A DNA stretch of 64,000 nucleotides from Marinobacter excellens HL-55. Lineage in GTDB: Bacteria; Pseudomonadota; Gammaproteobacteria; Pseudomonadales; Oleiphilaceae. The notes under the pieces were generated by a model. The model searched no databases. It was not told the DNA's origin and saw only the letters and a list, made by a program, of their open reading frames with translations. Position 1 is the stretch's first letter, and the number at the start of each line of letters is the position of its first letter. The translations under genes were made by a program, and so were the position numbers. Of this stretch, positions 26,639-36,953 are shown in pieces. The stretch covers positions 107,755 through 171,754 of the forward strand of contig LJZQ01000005.1 of NCBI GenBank assembly GCA_001314845.1, read 5' to 3'.

Positions 26639-28425
26639 GGTGTATCGCCCTCGTCCGTTGTGGTCTGGCGTTGTTGGTGCTGCTGCAGGAACTTGCGCTG
26701 GAGCAGGCCGCCCGGGTTGTCTGGTACGCGCCTCAGCCATTGCTCCTGTCCCTGAGACAGCGGCTGTTCAGAAATTTCGGCGGGTGCTTCGCTCATCCCT
26801 TCGCTACTCTCCTGTTCTGAGGCGTCAGGCTGGGACTGTGCCTCGGCTTCACTTTGTTCGTCCTCCGATTCTGCATTACCCTGGCCGGGGTTCGGTTGTT
26901 GGGGTTGATCGCCAGGAGATTCCTCGCTATCGCGTTCCGACCCTGAATCCCCGCCCTGTTGAGGGTCGCTGTTCTGGCCTCCAGACTCATCCTGTGACTC
27001 CGAACTCTCCTGGTCATCGGAACCACTCTGGGATTCCTGTTGCTGCTGTTGTTGCTCCAGCAGTTGTTTGACCAGCTCATAATTAATGCGAGCGTCTTCA
27101 AAATCCGGGTTTTGCTCCAGTGCCTGCTGATAGGCCTTCAGAGCGTTTTCCAGCTGACCTGAGCGGGCCAGGGCATTGCCCCGGTTGTAATGGCCTTCAG
27201 GTCCGGGGTGATCTGCAAAGACCGTCGCGGCTTCATCGTAGCGGCCGTCCCGATACATAGCGGAGCCGCGCCAGCCTGGTTGGCGCAACAGCTCTGCGGC
27301 CCGGGCCGGATCTTCATTGATCAGTTCAGGGCCCCTCTGATCTTCCCGTTGCCACAGGCTGGTCCAATCAAAGGCCAGCGCCGGCCGGGGCGTCAGCGCC
27401 AAAGGTAAAATCGTCAGTAGGCAGAACGCAAACGCACCTTTTTTCCAGCCCAGCAGTAACAGCGGTAAGGCCAGCCACAGCAGCCAGTAGCCGTCATCCT
27501 GCCATCGGTTGACGGTGATTCCGGTGCTGTCGTCTGACCAGTCCTCGCTGGCGTCCGGTTGCAGGCGCAGGCGCCGGATGTCCTCATCCCCGAGGGTCAG
27601 GGTATGGCTGTCGCCCCCGTTGTCACGAGCCAGACGCGCCAGGGCGTTTGGGTTGGCACGGGTAATCACTATGTTGCCGTTGTCGCGGATAAAGCCCCGT
27701 TTTGCCAGAGGTATCGGCCCGCCCTCGCGAGAACCCACAACCAGTGTGCTCAGATTATACGGCGTTGCTTGCAGATGGTTTGTGATGTCTGTGTGGTAGC
27801 TGCCGGGAATGTCATCCGCGATCAGCAAAATACGGCCCTGGCCGGGCGCGCCTTGCTGCAGAAGATTCACGGCCTGCTCAATGCCAAGGTCGGCACGATT
27901 GCCCTGGGCCGGCATGATGGTGGGTTCGAGCACGCTGAGCATAGCCTCGATAGTGCGCCTGTCCTCGGTCAGCGGCGTGACCACATGAGCATCGCCCGAA
28001 TACACCAGCAGTGCCGTCAGGCCGCCGTCGCGAGCGGCAAGGATGTCACGAATCTTGCGTTTTGCCAGGGTTAGCCGGTCCGGTTCCACATCGGTGGCGA
28101 TCATCGAGAGCGACAGATCCAGAACGATCACCAGGCTGTCTGCTGGTTGCTTCAGCGGCGTAGGCGCCTCGCGCCAGCTGGGCCCTGACAGCGCAAGAGC
28201 CAGCATGATAACGCCAAGAGTCAGCGGCATCCGAGGCGACACGATCTTTCGTTCGGCGTGTTGCTCGTCGCCCCGATGTCGGATTAGCGGCTTCAGCAAG
28301 GCAGGGGGAATGTAACGATCCCAGCCGGTGCCGCCTTGCCGCAGGCGTTGGTGCAGTATGAATACCACCGGCAACGCCAGCAGCAGTAACAACCAGAACG
28401 GGCGCATCAGGTGAAAATCAGCCAT
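26632..28425 (-). CDS. VWA + TPR membrane protein (BatB/BatC-like)
   Basis: MIDAS DLSLSM, TPR HYNRGNALAR, Q/E/S/D-rich tail, WLRRVPDNPGGLLQRKF; start set at 28425. Confidence 0.88.
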   Translation of the reverse strand: MADFHLMRPFWLLLLLALPVVFILHQRLRQGGTGWDRYIPPALLKPLIRHRGDEQHAERKIVSPRMPLTLGVIMLALALSGPSWREAPTPLKQPADSLVIVLDLSLSMIATDVEPDRLTLAKRKIRDILAARDGGLTALLVYSGDAHVVTPLTEDRRTIEAMLSVLEPTIMPAQGNRADLGIEQAVNLLQQGAPGQGRILLIADDIPGSYHTDITNHLQATPYNLSTLVVGSREGGPIPLAKRGFIRDNGNIVITRANPNALARLARDNGGDSHTLTLGDEDIRRLRLQPDASEDWSDDSTGITVNRWQDDGYWLLWLALPLLLLGWKKGAFAFCLLTILPLALTPRPALAFDWTSLWQREDQRGPELINEDPARAAELLRQPGWRGSAMYRDGRYDEAATVFADHPGPEGHYNRGNALARSGQLENALKAYQQALEQNPDFEDARINYELVKQLLEQQQQQQESQSGSDDQESSESQDESGGQNSDPQQGGDSGSERDSEESPGDQPQQPNPGQGNAESEDEQSEAEAQSQPDASEQESSEGMSEAPAEISEQPLSQGQEQWLRRVPDNPGGLLQRKFLQQHQQRQTTTDEGDTPW

Positions 28426-29437
28426 GGTCAGCCTCCCGGGGTTGGTGGCTGGCGCGCATACTGCCGAAAAGCTGTGCGGCCAGCATCGCCAGCCAAAGGG
28501 CGACGGCAGCGCCAGCGGGCAAAGCATAGAGCTCGGTCACCGGGCGGAAGAACTGGCCTTCCTGTTCAATCGGTTCAAGCTGGTTGATGCTGTCATAGAT
28601 CATTTCAAGTTCTGGCAAACTGCGGGCCCGGAAGTACCGCCCGCCGGTTTGTTGAGCCATTCGTGTCAGCAGGTTTTCGTCCAGATCCCGGGATGGATTC
28701 ACTTGTCGCGAACCAAGCAGGCCGCGTTGAACCATCGACTCGGCTCCGATGCCCACGGTATAGATGCGAACGCCGGCCGCCTGGGCGATCTCGGCGGCTT
28801 TGTCTGGTGCGATCTGCCCAGCCGTGTTGGCGCCATCGGTCAGCATGATGACGACGCGTTGTTGCTGCGGGCGATCGCGCAGGCGCTGAATCGACAGGCC
28901 GATGGCATCGCCGATGGCCGTTGCCCGGCCCGCCATGCCAATACCGGATTCATGCAGCAGGGTGCGCACGGTTTCACGATCGAAGGTCAGGGGCGCCTGC
29001 ACATAGGGTTCGGTGCCAAACAGAATCAGTCCCAGGCGGTCGCCCTCACGATAATCAATGAAGTCGTCCAGCACCTGCTTTACCGCTTGAAGGCGATTGA
29101 TGCCGCGCCCTCGAAGCACCATATCTTGCTCGTCCATGCTGGGCGATATATCTACCACCAGCATTAGGTCTCGGCCGCTGACCGGCATCTGAACCTGTTC
29201 CCCGACGTGCTGGGGTCGGGCAACGGCCAGCACCAGGCATAGCCAGGCCGCCAGCAAGATCAGTTGTCGCCACCGGGGTGTTGTCTGCCCTTGGGTGCTG
29301 ACACCGGGCAGTCCGGACAGCCAGTGGCCGACTGGAATCACCGGGGCATCCACTGCTTGCTTGCCCCGATTCCTGCGGATCATCAGCAGTGGCGCCAGTG
29401 CCAGCAGAAGCAACCAGGGATAGGCAAGGTTCATCAT
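28418..29437 (-). CDS. batA: VWA-domain protein BatA
   Basis: DISPSM, TAIGDAIG, LTDGANT. Confidence 0.88.
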   Translation of the reverse strand: MMNLAYPWLLLLALAPLLMIRRNRGKQAVDAPVIPVGHWLSGLPGVSTQGQTTPRWRQLILLAAWLCLVLAVARPQHVGEQVQMPVSGRDLMLVVDISPSMDEQDMVLRGRGINRLQAVKQVLDDFIDYREGDRLGLILFGTEPYVQAPLTFDRETVRTLLHESGIGMAGRATAIGDAIGLSIQRLRDRPQQQRVVIMLTDGANTAGQIAPDKAAEIAQAAGVRIYTVGIGAESMVQRGLLGSRQVNPSRDLDENLLTRMAQQTGGRYFRARSLPELEMIYDSINQLEPIEQEGQFFRPVTELYALPAGAAVALWLAMLAAQLFGSMRASHQPREADHG

Positions 29438-29901
29438 GACCGTGCCTCCAGCCAGGCAGCAGCAAAGCTCAGAGCCTGAGCTGGGTCTGCAGTCGGTCGC
29501 GGTTGCCAGGTGCTGCTCACCAAGGCCTCCACCACCGGGCGCGACGCAATGCGATCATTTGGGGCGGTGGCCAGGAGGAAATCAACCCACTGACTGCCAG
29601 ACATGGCTTCCGGGTTGCGATCCGGGTAAGCCTGCCGGGCAACGCGTTTGAGCAGGGCGTTGAGTTTGCAGAACCAGTCTGGCTCTTTACTGACAGAGCG
29701 CTCCAGATCAATCAGGATAGTTTTGGCTTGACGTTGCCAGAGGGTGTTGCGTCTACGCCTGTGCCAGAGCAAAGCCAAGACGATAACAATGATGAGCACG
29801 AGCGCGGCAACCAGCCACCAACCCGGCGCGGGCGGCCAAAAGCCTCCGGACTCGGGGAGCTGAATGTCACGCAGCTGGGCCAGCGGATCCTGTCCGTTCA
29901 T
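29434..29901 (-). CDS. DUF4381-family protein
   Basis: LAQLRDIQLP...WPPAPGWW + TM; start set at the ATGA overlap (29901). Confidence 0.85.
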   Translation of the reverse strand: MNGQDPLAQLRDIQLPESGGFWPPAPGWWLVAALVLIIVIVLALLWHRRRRNTLWQRQAKTILIDLERSVSKEPDWFCKLNALLKRVARQAYPDRNPEAMSGSQWVDFLLATAPNDRIASRPVVEALVSSTWQPRPTADPAQALSFAAAWLEARS

Positions 29902-30836
29902 CCGATGCGACCTCCCGGGCCGAGCAGCAGACGCAGGGCGGCGGCTGGGTCTTGATGGGTCATAACGGTTGCAGCCTGTACGCTGGCAGTGCGAAAACAC
30001 TCAGCAAGCTGTTGCTCATGGCTGGCTACTTTGTCGCGCCAGGCTTTTTGAAACGAAGGGTTGGACGCATCAAACCAGATGGGCCCGTCCGGGCCGGCCA
30101 CCGCAAACTTGCCGCTGGCCGGCAGTTCGCTTTCCAGCGGGTCAAGTATCCGGATGGCGCTCACGCTGTTATGGCGTGCCAGCGCACCGAGCAGGCTGGT
30201 CGTGGAATCGGACAGATTTATGAAGTCACTGATGACAAAAATTCGGCTACCGGTATGGGCAACTCGTCTGGCTTCTGCCAGGGCGGTATCCAGTCGGTGG
30301 ATTGACGAGCTTCCGTTGGCCGGCGGGGTGTCTGCTTGGTGCTGCAGATTGGCGAGCTGATCAAGCAGTCGCAGCACGGATTTTCTGCGCCGTGCAGGGC
30401 GCATTACATCAAGCTCCTGGCCGTTGAAAATCAGTCCGCCAACCTGATCGCCGGCCCAGAGTGCGAGCCAGGCAAGAATGGATGTGATCTGGGCGCAGCG
30501 GACCTGCTTGTAGGCTCCAGTGCTGGCAAAAAAAAGCGTTGGCCCCAGATCCGCAATCAGCAGCACGGGTCGCTCCCGCTCTTCTTCATACAATTTAGTG
30601 TGGGGGGACTGACGCCGCGCAGTCACTCGCCAGTCGATACTGCGAATGTCATCCCCTGGCTGGTACTGACGAACCTCAGAGAAGGTCATGCCCCGGCCTC
30701 GTTGACGGGATTGCCGAAGGCCGGACTGTCGCGACCGAACCGGGCGTGCCGAAGGGAGTTTGAGCGCTTGTGCATCGGCCTGCAGACGAACAAGGTCCTG
30801 CAGAGTGATATGGGTGGCGGGGGATGGGTTAGCCAT
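29898..30836 (-). CDS. DUF58-family protein
   Basis: EVRQYQPGDDIRSIDWRVTAR, KLYEEERE. Confidence 0.92.
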   Translation of the reverse strand: MANPSPATHITLQDLVRLQADAQALKLPSARPVRSRQSGLRQSRQRGRGMTFSEVRQYQPGDDIRSIDWRVTARRQSPHTKLYEEERERPVLLIADLGPTLFFASTGAYKQVRCAQITSILAWLALWAGDQVGGLIFNGQELDVMRPARRRKSVLRLLDQLANLQHQADTPPANGSSSIHRLDTALAEARRVAHTGSRIFVISDFINLSDSTTSLLGALARHNSVSAIRILDPLESELPASGKFAVAGPDGPIWFDASNPSFQKAWRDKVASHEQQLAECFRTASVQAATVMTHQDPAAALRLLLGPGGRIG

Positions 30837-30867
30837 ACTGCGCTAATGCCTCCTGCTGTAGGTCACG

Positions 30868-31830
30868 TCAGGCAGTCACCGGAACCCGGTCTATCAGCCT
30901 TTGCAGTACGGTGTCCGCCGTCATGCCCTCGGCTTCTGCCTCGAAGGTCAGAAGAATCCGGTGACGGAGTACGTCAAAGGCGATGGCCCGAACGTCATCC
31001 GGGGTCACGTAATCGCGGCCGTCGAGCCAGGCGAGGGCGCGTGCACAGCGATCCAGGGCAATGGTGCCGCGAGGGCTGGCGCCAAACGCTGTCCAGCGGG
31101 CCAGTTCCGGATCCAGGCTGGCGGCGTCACGTGTGGCCAGGATCAATGCCAGCAGGTACTGCTCCACCGGTTCAGCCATGTAGATGTCTGACACTTCCTG
31201 TCGGGCTGACATCACCTGATCCTCTGTTAGACGAATGTCTACGTTCGGGATTCCCTGACGGTAGTCTGCCCGCGCAAGGTGCAGAATCTGTCGCTCAGCA
31301 TCGGCAGACGGATAGTCAATCACCACATGCATCAGAAATCGGTCGAGTTGGGCCTCCGGCAACGGGTAAGTACCTTCCTGTTCAATCGGGTTCTGGGTGG
31401 CCATCACCATAAACAGCCTGGGCAGTGCAAAGGTTTGCATGCCGACACTGATTTGGCGTTCACCCATGGCTTCCAACAGGGCCGATTGAACCTTGGCAGG
31501 CGCTCGGTTGATTTCATCCGCCAGCACCAGGTTGTGAAAAATTGGCCCCCGCTGGAATTCAAACAGGCCGGTTTCGGCTCGGTAGATCTCGCTTCCGGTG
31601 ACGTCGGAAGGCAGTAGGTCCGGGGTGAACTGAATCCGGTGGAAGTCGCCGACCAGGTGCTCGGCAAGCGCTTTGACGGCAGTAGTTTTGGCCAGGCCGG
31701 GTGCGCCTTCAACCAGCAGGTGACCGTCAGCAAGCAGGGCGATCAGAAGACGGTCTACCAGTTTGTTCTGGCCGATAATTCGGGTTGCCAGTTGGGCTCG
31801 AAGGTCACCAAATGTTTGCTGTAACGACAT
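30868..31830 (-). CDS. moxR: MoxR-type AAA+ ATPase (MRP subfamily)
   Basis: EGAPGLAKT, IQFTPDLLPSD, ADEINRAPAKVQSALLE, NPIEQEGTYPLPEAQLDRF; start set at 31830. Confidence 0.95.
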   Translation of the reverse strand: MSLQQTFGDLRAQLATRIIGQNKLVDRLLIALLADGHLLVEGAPGLAKTTAVKALAEHLVGDFHRIQFTPDLLPSDVTGSEIYRAETGLFEFQRGPIFHNLVLADEINRAPAKVQSALLEAMGERQISVGMQTFALPRLFMVMATQNPIEQEGTYPLPEAQLDRFLMHVVIDYPSADAERQILHLARADYRQGIPNVDIRLTEDQVMSARQEVSDIYMAEPVEQYLLALILATRDAASLDPELARWTAFGASPRGTIALDRCARALAWLDGRDYVTPDDVRAIAFDVLRHRILLTFEAEAEGMTADTVLQRLIDRVPVTA

Positions 31831-32001
31831 GAAATATAGAGCTCTTGGTTTTTTGATGGTCCAGCGGGCGCGGAACAGTGTTCTGCCTGAATTGTGCCTA
31901 AGTAGTTGCCGCAGTTTTGGTGTCTGGCCGGCAAAAATCAAGGGTTTGACTATGCTTATGTGACGATACCCTGATTACGTTTATTTCACACAAACCAGAG
32001 G

Positions 32002-35000
32002 TTGGATATGAATGCGCTGACAATTGCCAGCAAGGATCAGTTTTTCGAACAGTTGGCCGAGGCATTCTCAGAGAAAATTGCGAAAACGGAAGCCAAAAAA
32101 ATTACCGAATTTGCCCGGCAACACTATGCCCACATCCCTCTGGAGGAACTGGTCAGACGTCGGTTTTCGGATACCTACGGTGCTGTTCTGGCGGCCTGGC
32201 AGTTTTTGCAAAAACGTAGCCCTGATGAAACCCCGGTATCGGTATTCAATCCGGACCTTGAAAGCGATGGCTGGCAATCCACCCATACCGTGATTTTTCT
32301 GCTCCACCCTAATATCCCCTTTCTGATTGATTCACTGCGTATTGCCATCAATCAGCGGGAGATTGGCACTCACTCCATTCAGCATTCGATTCTTCATGTG
32401 GATCGGGACAATACCGGAAAGCTCAAAAAGCTCTATACAACCAAGAAATCGGGCGCTGGCTCAGCGTATGAAGCCTTTATCGTCCTTGAGATTGATCGCC
32501 ACAGCGCACCGGAAGATCTCCGTAATCTGGAAGACACCCTGCAAAATGTACTGCATGAAGTGCGTATTGCCGTTGAAGATTTCCCGGTCGTAAAAAACAA
32601 GGTCAGTGAAATTCTGGTCGAGCTGGATGCCACCACCGCCGGTGTCAGTGAAGAGGGCAAGCAAGAGGCGCGAGCCTTCTTGGACTGGCTGGTGGAAGAC
32701 CACTTTACGTTTTTGGGCTACGACGAATACGACTTTGCCAAAGACAATCAGGGAATGGTGGTTCGGCGGGTGGAAAACTCGGAACTGGGTATTTTGCGGG
32801 TCAACAATGAGCGCCCTGACCGGGTACGCCTGAATGAACTGCCTCAGCGAACCCGGCATGAGATGACGCGCACGGATGATATCTTCATCTTTGCCAAGTC
32901 CGCCCAGCGTTCCCGTGTGCATCGACCGGCATACCCGGACTACATTGCCGTCAAGAAGTTCAATAGCAAAGGCGAAGTGGTTGGTGAGCGTCGGTTCCTG
33001 GGCCTGTACACCGCAAGGGTGTACAACGAACGGCCGGATGAAATACCGCTGTTGCGCCGTAAATTCCAGATCGTGATGAAGCGTTCCGGTTTCATGACGG
33101 ACGACTACGCGGGCAAAGAGCTGGAGCAGATTCTCACACTGTACCCCCGGGATGAGCTGTTCCAGATTGAAACCGATGAGTTGCTGCGGGTCGCCAAGAG
33201 CATTCTGTATATCCAGGAGCGTCGCCGGATTGAGCTGTTCATGCGCGAAGACGTCTACGGCCAGTTTGTCACCTGCCTGGCGTTCTTTCCCCGTGATATC
33301 TACAACACCGAACTGCGATTGAAAGTGGAGCAAGTGCTGCTTGATCGGCTGGAAGCCGAAGACATCGAGTTTGTTACCCATTTCTCGGAGTCTGTTTTGG
33401 CCCGGGTACAGTTCACCATTCGTGTGCCTCAGTTCGAAAACCGGCAGCTACCGCTGGCCGAAATTCGCGAGAAGGTGATTGAGCTCGCGCAGTCCTGGCG
33501 CGATGGTCTTTACGATGCCCTGAGCGAGTCTTACGGTGAAGAGCGGGGCAACGACATGTATCGGGTCTGGGCGGGCGGTTTTCCGGCCAGCTACACCGAC
33601 ATGTTTTCACCTCGGCGAGCCGCTATCGATCTTGAACACATTGTCGCCTCGGCCCGCAATGACGATCTGGCGATGAGCTTCTATCGGGCGTTGGAAGAAG
33701 ATGAAAGCACGTTGCATTTCAAGCTCTTCTATCCGGATGAGCCCCTGCCGCTATCAGATGTGATGCCGATTTTTGACAACCTGGGCTTCCGGGTGATCGG
33801 CGAACACCCCTTTGAAGTCATTGATCGCACCGGCAAGACTGTCTGGATTCACGATTTCACCTTGCAGGCGCACAAGGGTAGTGTGGTAGACATTCACCGC
33901 ATTCGGCCGATCTTCGAGGAGCTGTTTCGAAGGGTGTGGCACGGTGAGGCGGAAAACGATGCCTTCAACCGGTTGATGCTGGTTTCGTACATGAGCTGGA
34001 GAGAAATCGCTTTGCTGCGCACGTTCGCACGCTACATGCGCCAGATACGATTCTCCAACAGCCAGACGTTCATTTCCAACACCCTCGTCAACCACGTTAA
34101 CCTGACGCGTTTATTGCTGGAGTTTTTCGAAGTTCGGTTCAATCCGGAACGATACCAGAGCAAAGGCAAAAGCCAGGCCGCCCAGCAAAAGCTCGAAATT
34201 GAATTCAATGCCGGCCTGGACGAGGTCGAAAACCTCAGTGAGGATCGGGTACTGCGGCTCTACTTGGAATTGATGCAGGCCACGCTTCGCACCAACTATT
34301 ACCAGCCAGACGCGGAAGGGCAGGTCAAACCCTACATCAGTGTCAAATTTGACCCGTCCCGTATTCCGGACATGCCGCTGCCGATGCCGATGTTCGAGAT
34401 CTTTGTCTACTCGCCAAGAGTAGAGGGTGTGCATCTGCGCGGCGGTAAAGTGGCCCGCGGCGGGCTGCGCTGGTCGGATCGTTTTGAGGATTACCGAACC
34501 GAAGTTCTGGGGCTGGTGAAAGCACAGCAGGTCAAGAATGCGGTCATTGTGCCGGTCGGCGCCAAGGGCGGCTTTGTCGCCAAACGTCTGCCTGACGGGT
34601 CTGATCGTGAAGCTTTTCAGGCTGAGGGTATCGCAGCCTACAAAACCTTTATCCGCGGGCTTCTGGATATTACCGATAACCTGGTGGACTCGGAGATCGC
34701 GCCACCTCAGCGCGTTATCCGTCACGACGAAGACGACCACTACCTGGTGGTGGCAGCCGATAAAGGCACGGCGACCTTCTCTGATATCGCCAACGGCCTA
34801 GCAGCGGAATACGGCTTCTGGATGGGCGATGCCTTTGCCTCGGGTGGCAGTAACGGCTATGACCACAAGAAAATGGGCATTACCGCCAAGGGTGCCTGGG
34901 TGTCGGTGGAGCGCCACTTCAGGGAAATGGGCATCAATCCGGCGGTCGATGAGTTCACCGCGATCGGCGTTGGTGACATGGCCGGTGACGTGTTTGGTAA

Positions 35001-36888
35001 CGGCTTGTTGTGCTCTGAGAAAACTCGTCTGGTGGCAGCGTTCAATCACATTCACATTTTTGTGGATCCGAATCCGGATGCTGAACGGAGCTATAAAGAG
35101 CGTAAGCGGCTGTTTGAAATGCCGCGCTCGGCCTGGACCGACTACGACAGCAAGCTGATTTCCAAGGGTGGCGGTGTGTTCAACCGGACGGCCAAATCCA
35201 TCCCGGTCAGCGCTGAAATGAAAAAGCTGCTGGGTATCAAATCTGATCGTGTGCCGCCGAACATGCTGATCAGTCATATTCTGAAGGTGGAAGCCGATCT
35301 ACTGTGGGTAGGCGGTATCGGCACCTACGTTAAAGCGGCCTCCGAGAGCCACTCGGATGTCGGCGACAAGGCCAACGATGGTCTCAGGATTAACGGGGGA
35401 GAGTTGCGCTGCAAAGTGGTCGGTGAGGGTGGCAACCTTGGCTTCACCCAATTGGGACGTATTGAATACGCCCTGAAAGGTGGCCGACTGAACACGGACT
35501 TTATCGACAACTCGGGGGGTGTTGACTGCTCAGACCATGAGGTCAACATGAAGATTCTGCTGAACCGGGCGGTTGCCATGGGCGATCTGACTGGCAAGCA
35601 GCGCAACACCATGCTGGAGGACATGACCGACGACGTGTCTGCGCTGGTGCTGAAGAACAACTATCGTCAGACCCAGGCCATCAGTATCGCCAGCGAGGAT
35701 ACAGCACCACGCCTTGAGGAATATCGACGGCTGATGAACGCCTTCGAAAGCGAAGGCAAGCTTAACCGTGGGCTTGAGTTTTTGCCGGATGATGAAACTC
35801 TCTCGGAGCGAAAGCTGGCCAAAAAGGGCCTGACTCGTCCGGAGCTGTCGGTGCTGATCTCCTACGTCAAAGGCGACCTCAAGCAAACGCTGATTGACAG
35901 TGAGTTGCCGGACGACCCGCTGCTGGCGGGCGAGATGTACAAGGTGTTCCCGAAGGAGTTGACCAAACGGTTCTCCAGAGAATTGGGTGAGCACCAGTTA
36001 CGGCGCGAGATCATTGCCACACAGATCGCCAACGACATGGTCAACCATATGGGGATTACCTTTGTCGAGCGGCTGGGGCAGTCCACCGGAGCCGATCCGG
36101 CCTCCATCGCGTTGGCGTGGATTATTGCCAGGGACGTATTCCGTATCGATAACTGGTGGGATCGAATTGAAGCGCTCGATTACCACGTTGCTGCCAATGT
36201 GCAGATGACCCTGATGCAGGATCTGATGCGTTTGATGCGACGGGCTGTGCGCTGGCTGTTACGCAATCGACGGGCCGAGCTCAATATCCAGAACCATATG
36301 GAGCGCTTTGCCGACAGCGTTTGGGCGATCACGTCTAATTTGCCGGAGTATTTGGGCGAGCAGGCCTGCGCTAACTGGACCAAACGGCACGATGAGCTGA
36401 CGACGGCTGGTCTGCCCAAGGATCTGGCAGCGGTCCTGGCTGGCACCGGGTATCTCTATTCATCACTCGGTATTATCGAGGCACAGGAGGCGACCGGCAT
36501 GCCCCTGAAAACCGTCGCCAATCTCTATTACGACCTGGGCGACCGCCTTGACCTGACCTGGTTTGCCAACTCCATTGCGGTATTGACCCCCAGTTCGCAC
36601 TGGCAGGCGCTGGCAAGAGAGAGCTTCCGTGAAGACCTGGACTGGCAGCAAAGAGCGCTGACGACGGGCGTTCTCAAGCTGGCCAGTAAAGCTGAGGATG
36701 TGCCGGCCAGTGTCGATGCATGGCAAGCCAAGCACCAGCATATGATTGATCGTTGGAAGGCAATGCTGACCGAGCTCAAGGGTGTCAGAGAACCCGAATA
36801 TGCCATGTTCTCCGTGGCCTTGCGGGAGCTTTTGGATCTTGCCCAGAGCACCATGCATCAGTCCCCGGACGACGCCAAGACAAACTGA
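32002..36888 (+). CDS. gdhB: Large-form NAD-specific glutamate dehydrogenase
   Basis: 1628 aa; HLRGGKVARGGLRWSDR, VPVGAKGGF, VAADKGTATFSD, GDMAGDVFGNG, NTDFIDNSGGVDCSD. Confidence 0.97.
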   Translation: MDMNALTIASKDQFFEQLAEAFSEKIAKTEAKKITEFARQHYAHIPLEELVRRRFSDTYGAVLAAWQFLQKRSPDETPVSVFNPDLESDGWQSTHTVIFLLHPNIPFLIDSLRIAINQREIGTHSIQHSILHVDRDNTGKLKKLYTTKKSGAGSAYEAFIVLEIDRHSAPEDLRNLEDTLQNVLHEVRIAVEDFPVVKNKVSEILVELDATTAGVSEEGKQEARAFLDWLVEDHFTFLGYDEYDFAKDNQGMVVRRVENSELGILRVNNERPDRVRLNELPQRTRHEMTRTDDIFIFAKSAQRSRVHRPAYPDYIAVKKFNSKGEVVGERRFLGLYTARVYNERPDEIPLLRRKFQIVMKRSGFMTDDYAGKELEQILTLYPRDELFQIETDELLRVAKSILYIQERRRIELFMREDVYGQFVTCLAFFPRDIYNTELRLKVEQVLLDRLEAEDIEFVTHFSESVLARVQFTIRVPQFENRQLPLAEIREKVIELAQSWRDGLYDALSESYGEERGNDMYRVWAGGFPASYTDMFSPRRAAIDLEHIVASARNDDLAMSFYRALEEDESTLHFKLFYPDEPLPLSDVMPIFDNLGFRVIGEHPFEVIDRTGKTVWIHDFTLQAHKGSVVDIHRIRPIFEELFRRVWHGEAENDAFNRLMLVSYMSWREIALLRTFARYMRQIRFSNSQTFISNTLVNHVNLTRLLLEFFEVRFNPERYQSKGKSQAAQQKLEIEFNAGLDEVENLSEDRVLRLYLELMQATLRTNYYQPDAEGQVKPYISVKFDPSRIPDMPLPMPMFEIFVYSPRVEGVHLRGGKVARGGLRWSDRFEDYRTEVLGLVKAQQVKNAVIVPVGAKGGFVAKRLPDGSDREAFQAEGIAAYKTFIRGLLDITDNLVDSEIAPPQRVIRHDEDDHYLVVAADKGTATFSDIANGLAAEYGFWMGDAFASGGSNGYDHKKMGITAKGAWVSVERHFREMGINPAVDEFTAIGVGDMAGDVFGNGLLCSEKTRLVAAFNHIHIFVDPNPDAERSYKERKRLFEMPRSAWTDYDSKLISKGGGVFNRTAKSIPVSAEMKKLLGIKSDRVPPNMLISHILKVEADLLWVGGIGTYVKAASESHSDVGDKANDGLRINGGELRCKVVGEGGNLGFTQLGRIEYALKGGRLNTDFIDNSGGVDCSDHEVNMKILLNRAVAMGDLTGKQRNTMLEDMTDDVSALVLKNNYRQTQAISIASEDTAPRLEEYRRLMNAFESEGKLNRGLEFLPDDETLSERKLAKKGLTRPELSVLISYVKGDLKQTLIDSELPDDPLLAGEMYKVFPKELTKRFSRELGEHQLRREIIATQIANDMVNHMGITFVERLGQSTGADPASIALAWIIARDVFRIDNWWDRIEALDYHVAANVQMTLMQDLMRLMRRAVRWLLRNRRAELNIQNHMERFADSVWAITSNLPEYLGEQACANWTKRHDELTTAGLPKDLAAVLAGTGYLYSSLGIIEAQEATGMPLKTVANLYYDLGDRLDLTWFANSIAVLTPSSHWQALARESFREDLDWQQRALTTGVLKLASKAEDVPASVDAWQAKHQHMIDRWKAMLTELKGVREPEYAMFSVALRELLDLAQSTMHQSPDDAKTN

Positions 36889-36900
36889 CTATTGCGTTAC

Positions 36901-36940
36901 GCCGTTGATTCCCGTTCAATTCCGAACGGGAATCAACGGC
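36901..36940. repeat. Perfect 17-bp inverted repeat (hairpin) between gdhB and can
   Basis: GCCGTTGATTCCCGTTC-AATTCC-GAACGGGAATCAACGGC; no U-tract on either strand. Confidence 0.9.
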
Positions 36941-36953
36941 CGGAGTCGCATGA

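Noticed and set aside
26760-27080. Q/E/S/D-rich low-complexity stretch and CTG/TTG runs in the VWA-TPR gene
   Set aside because: Normal acidic linker of BatB/BatC-like proteins, not a nucleotide repeat array
30336-31412. 358-aa plus-strand ORF opposite DUF58/moxR
   Set aside because: Antisense shadow of clear housekeeping ORFs; R/P/G-rich composition without domain signal
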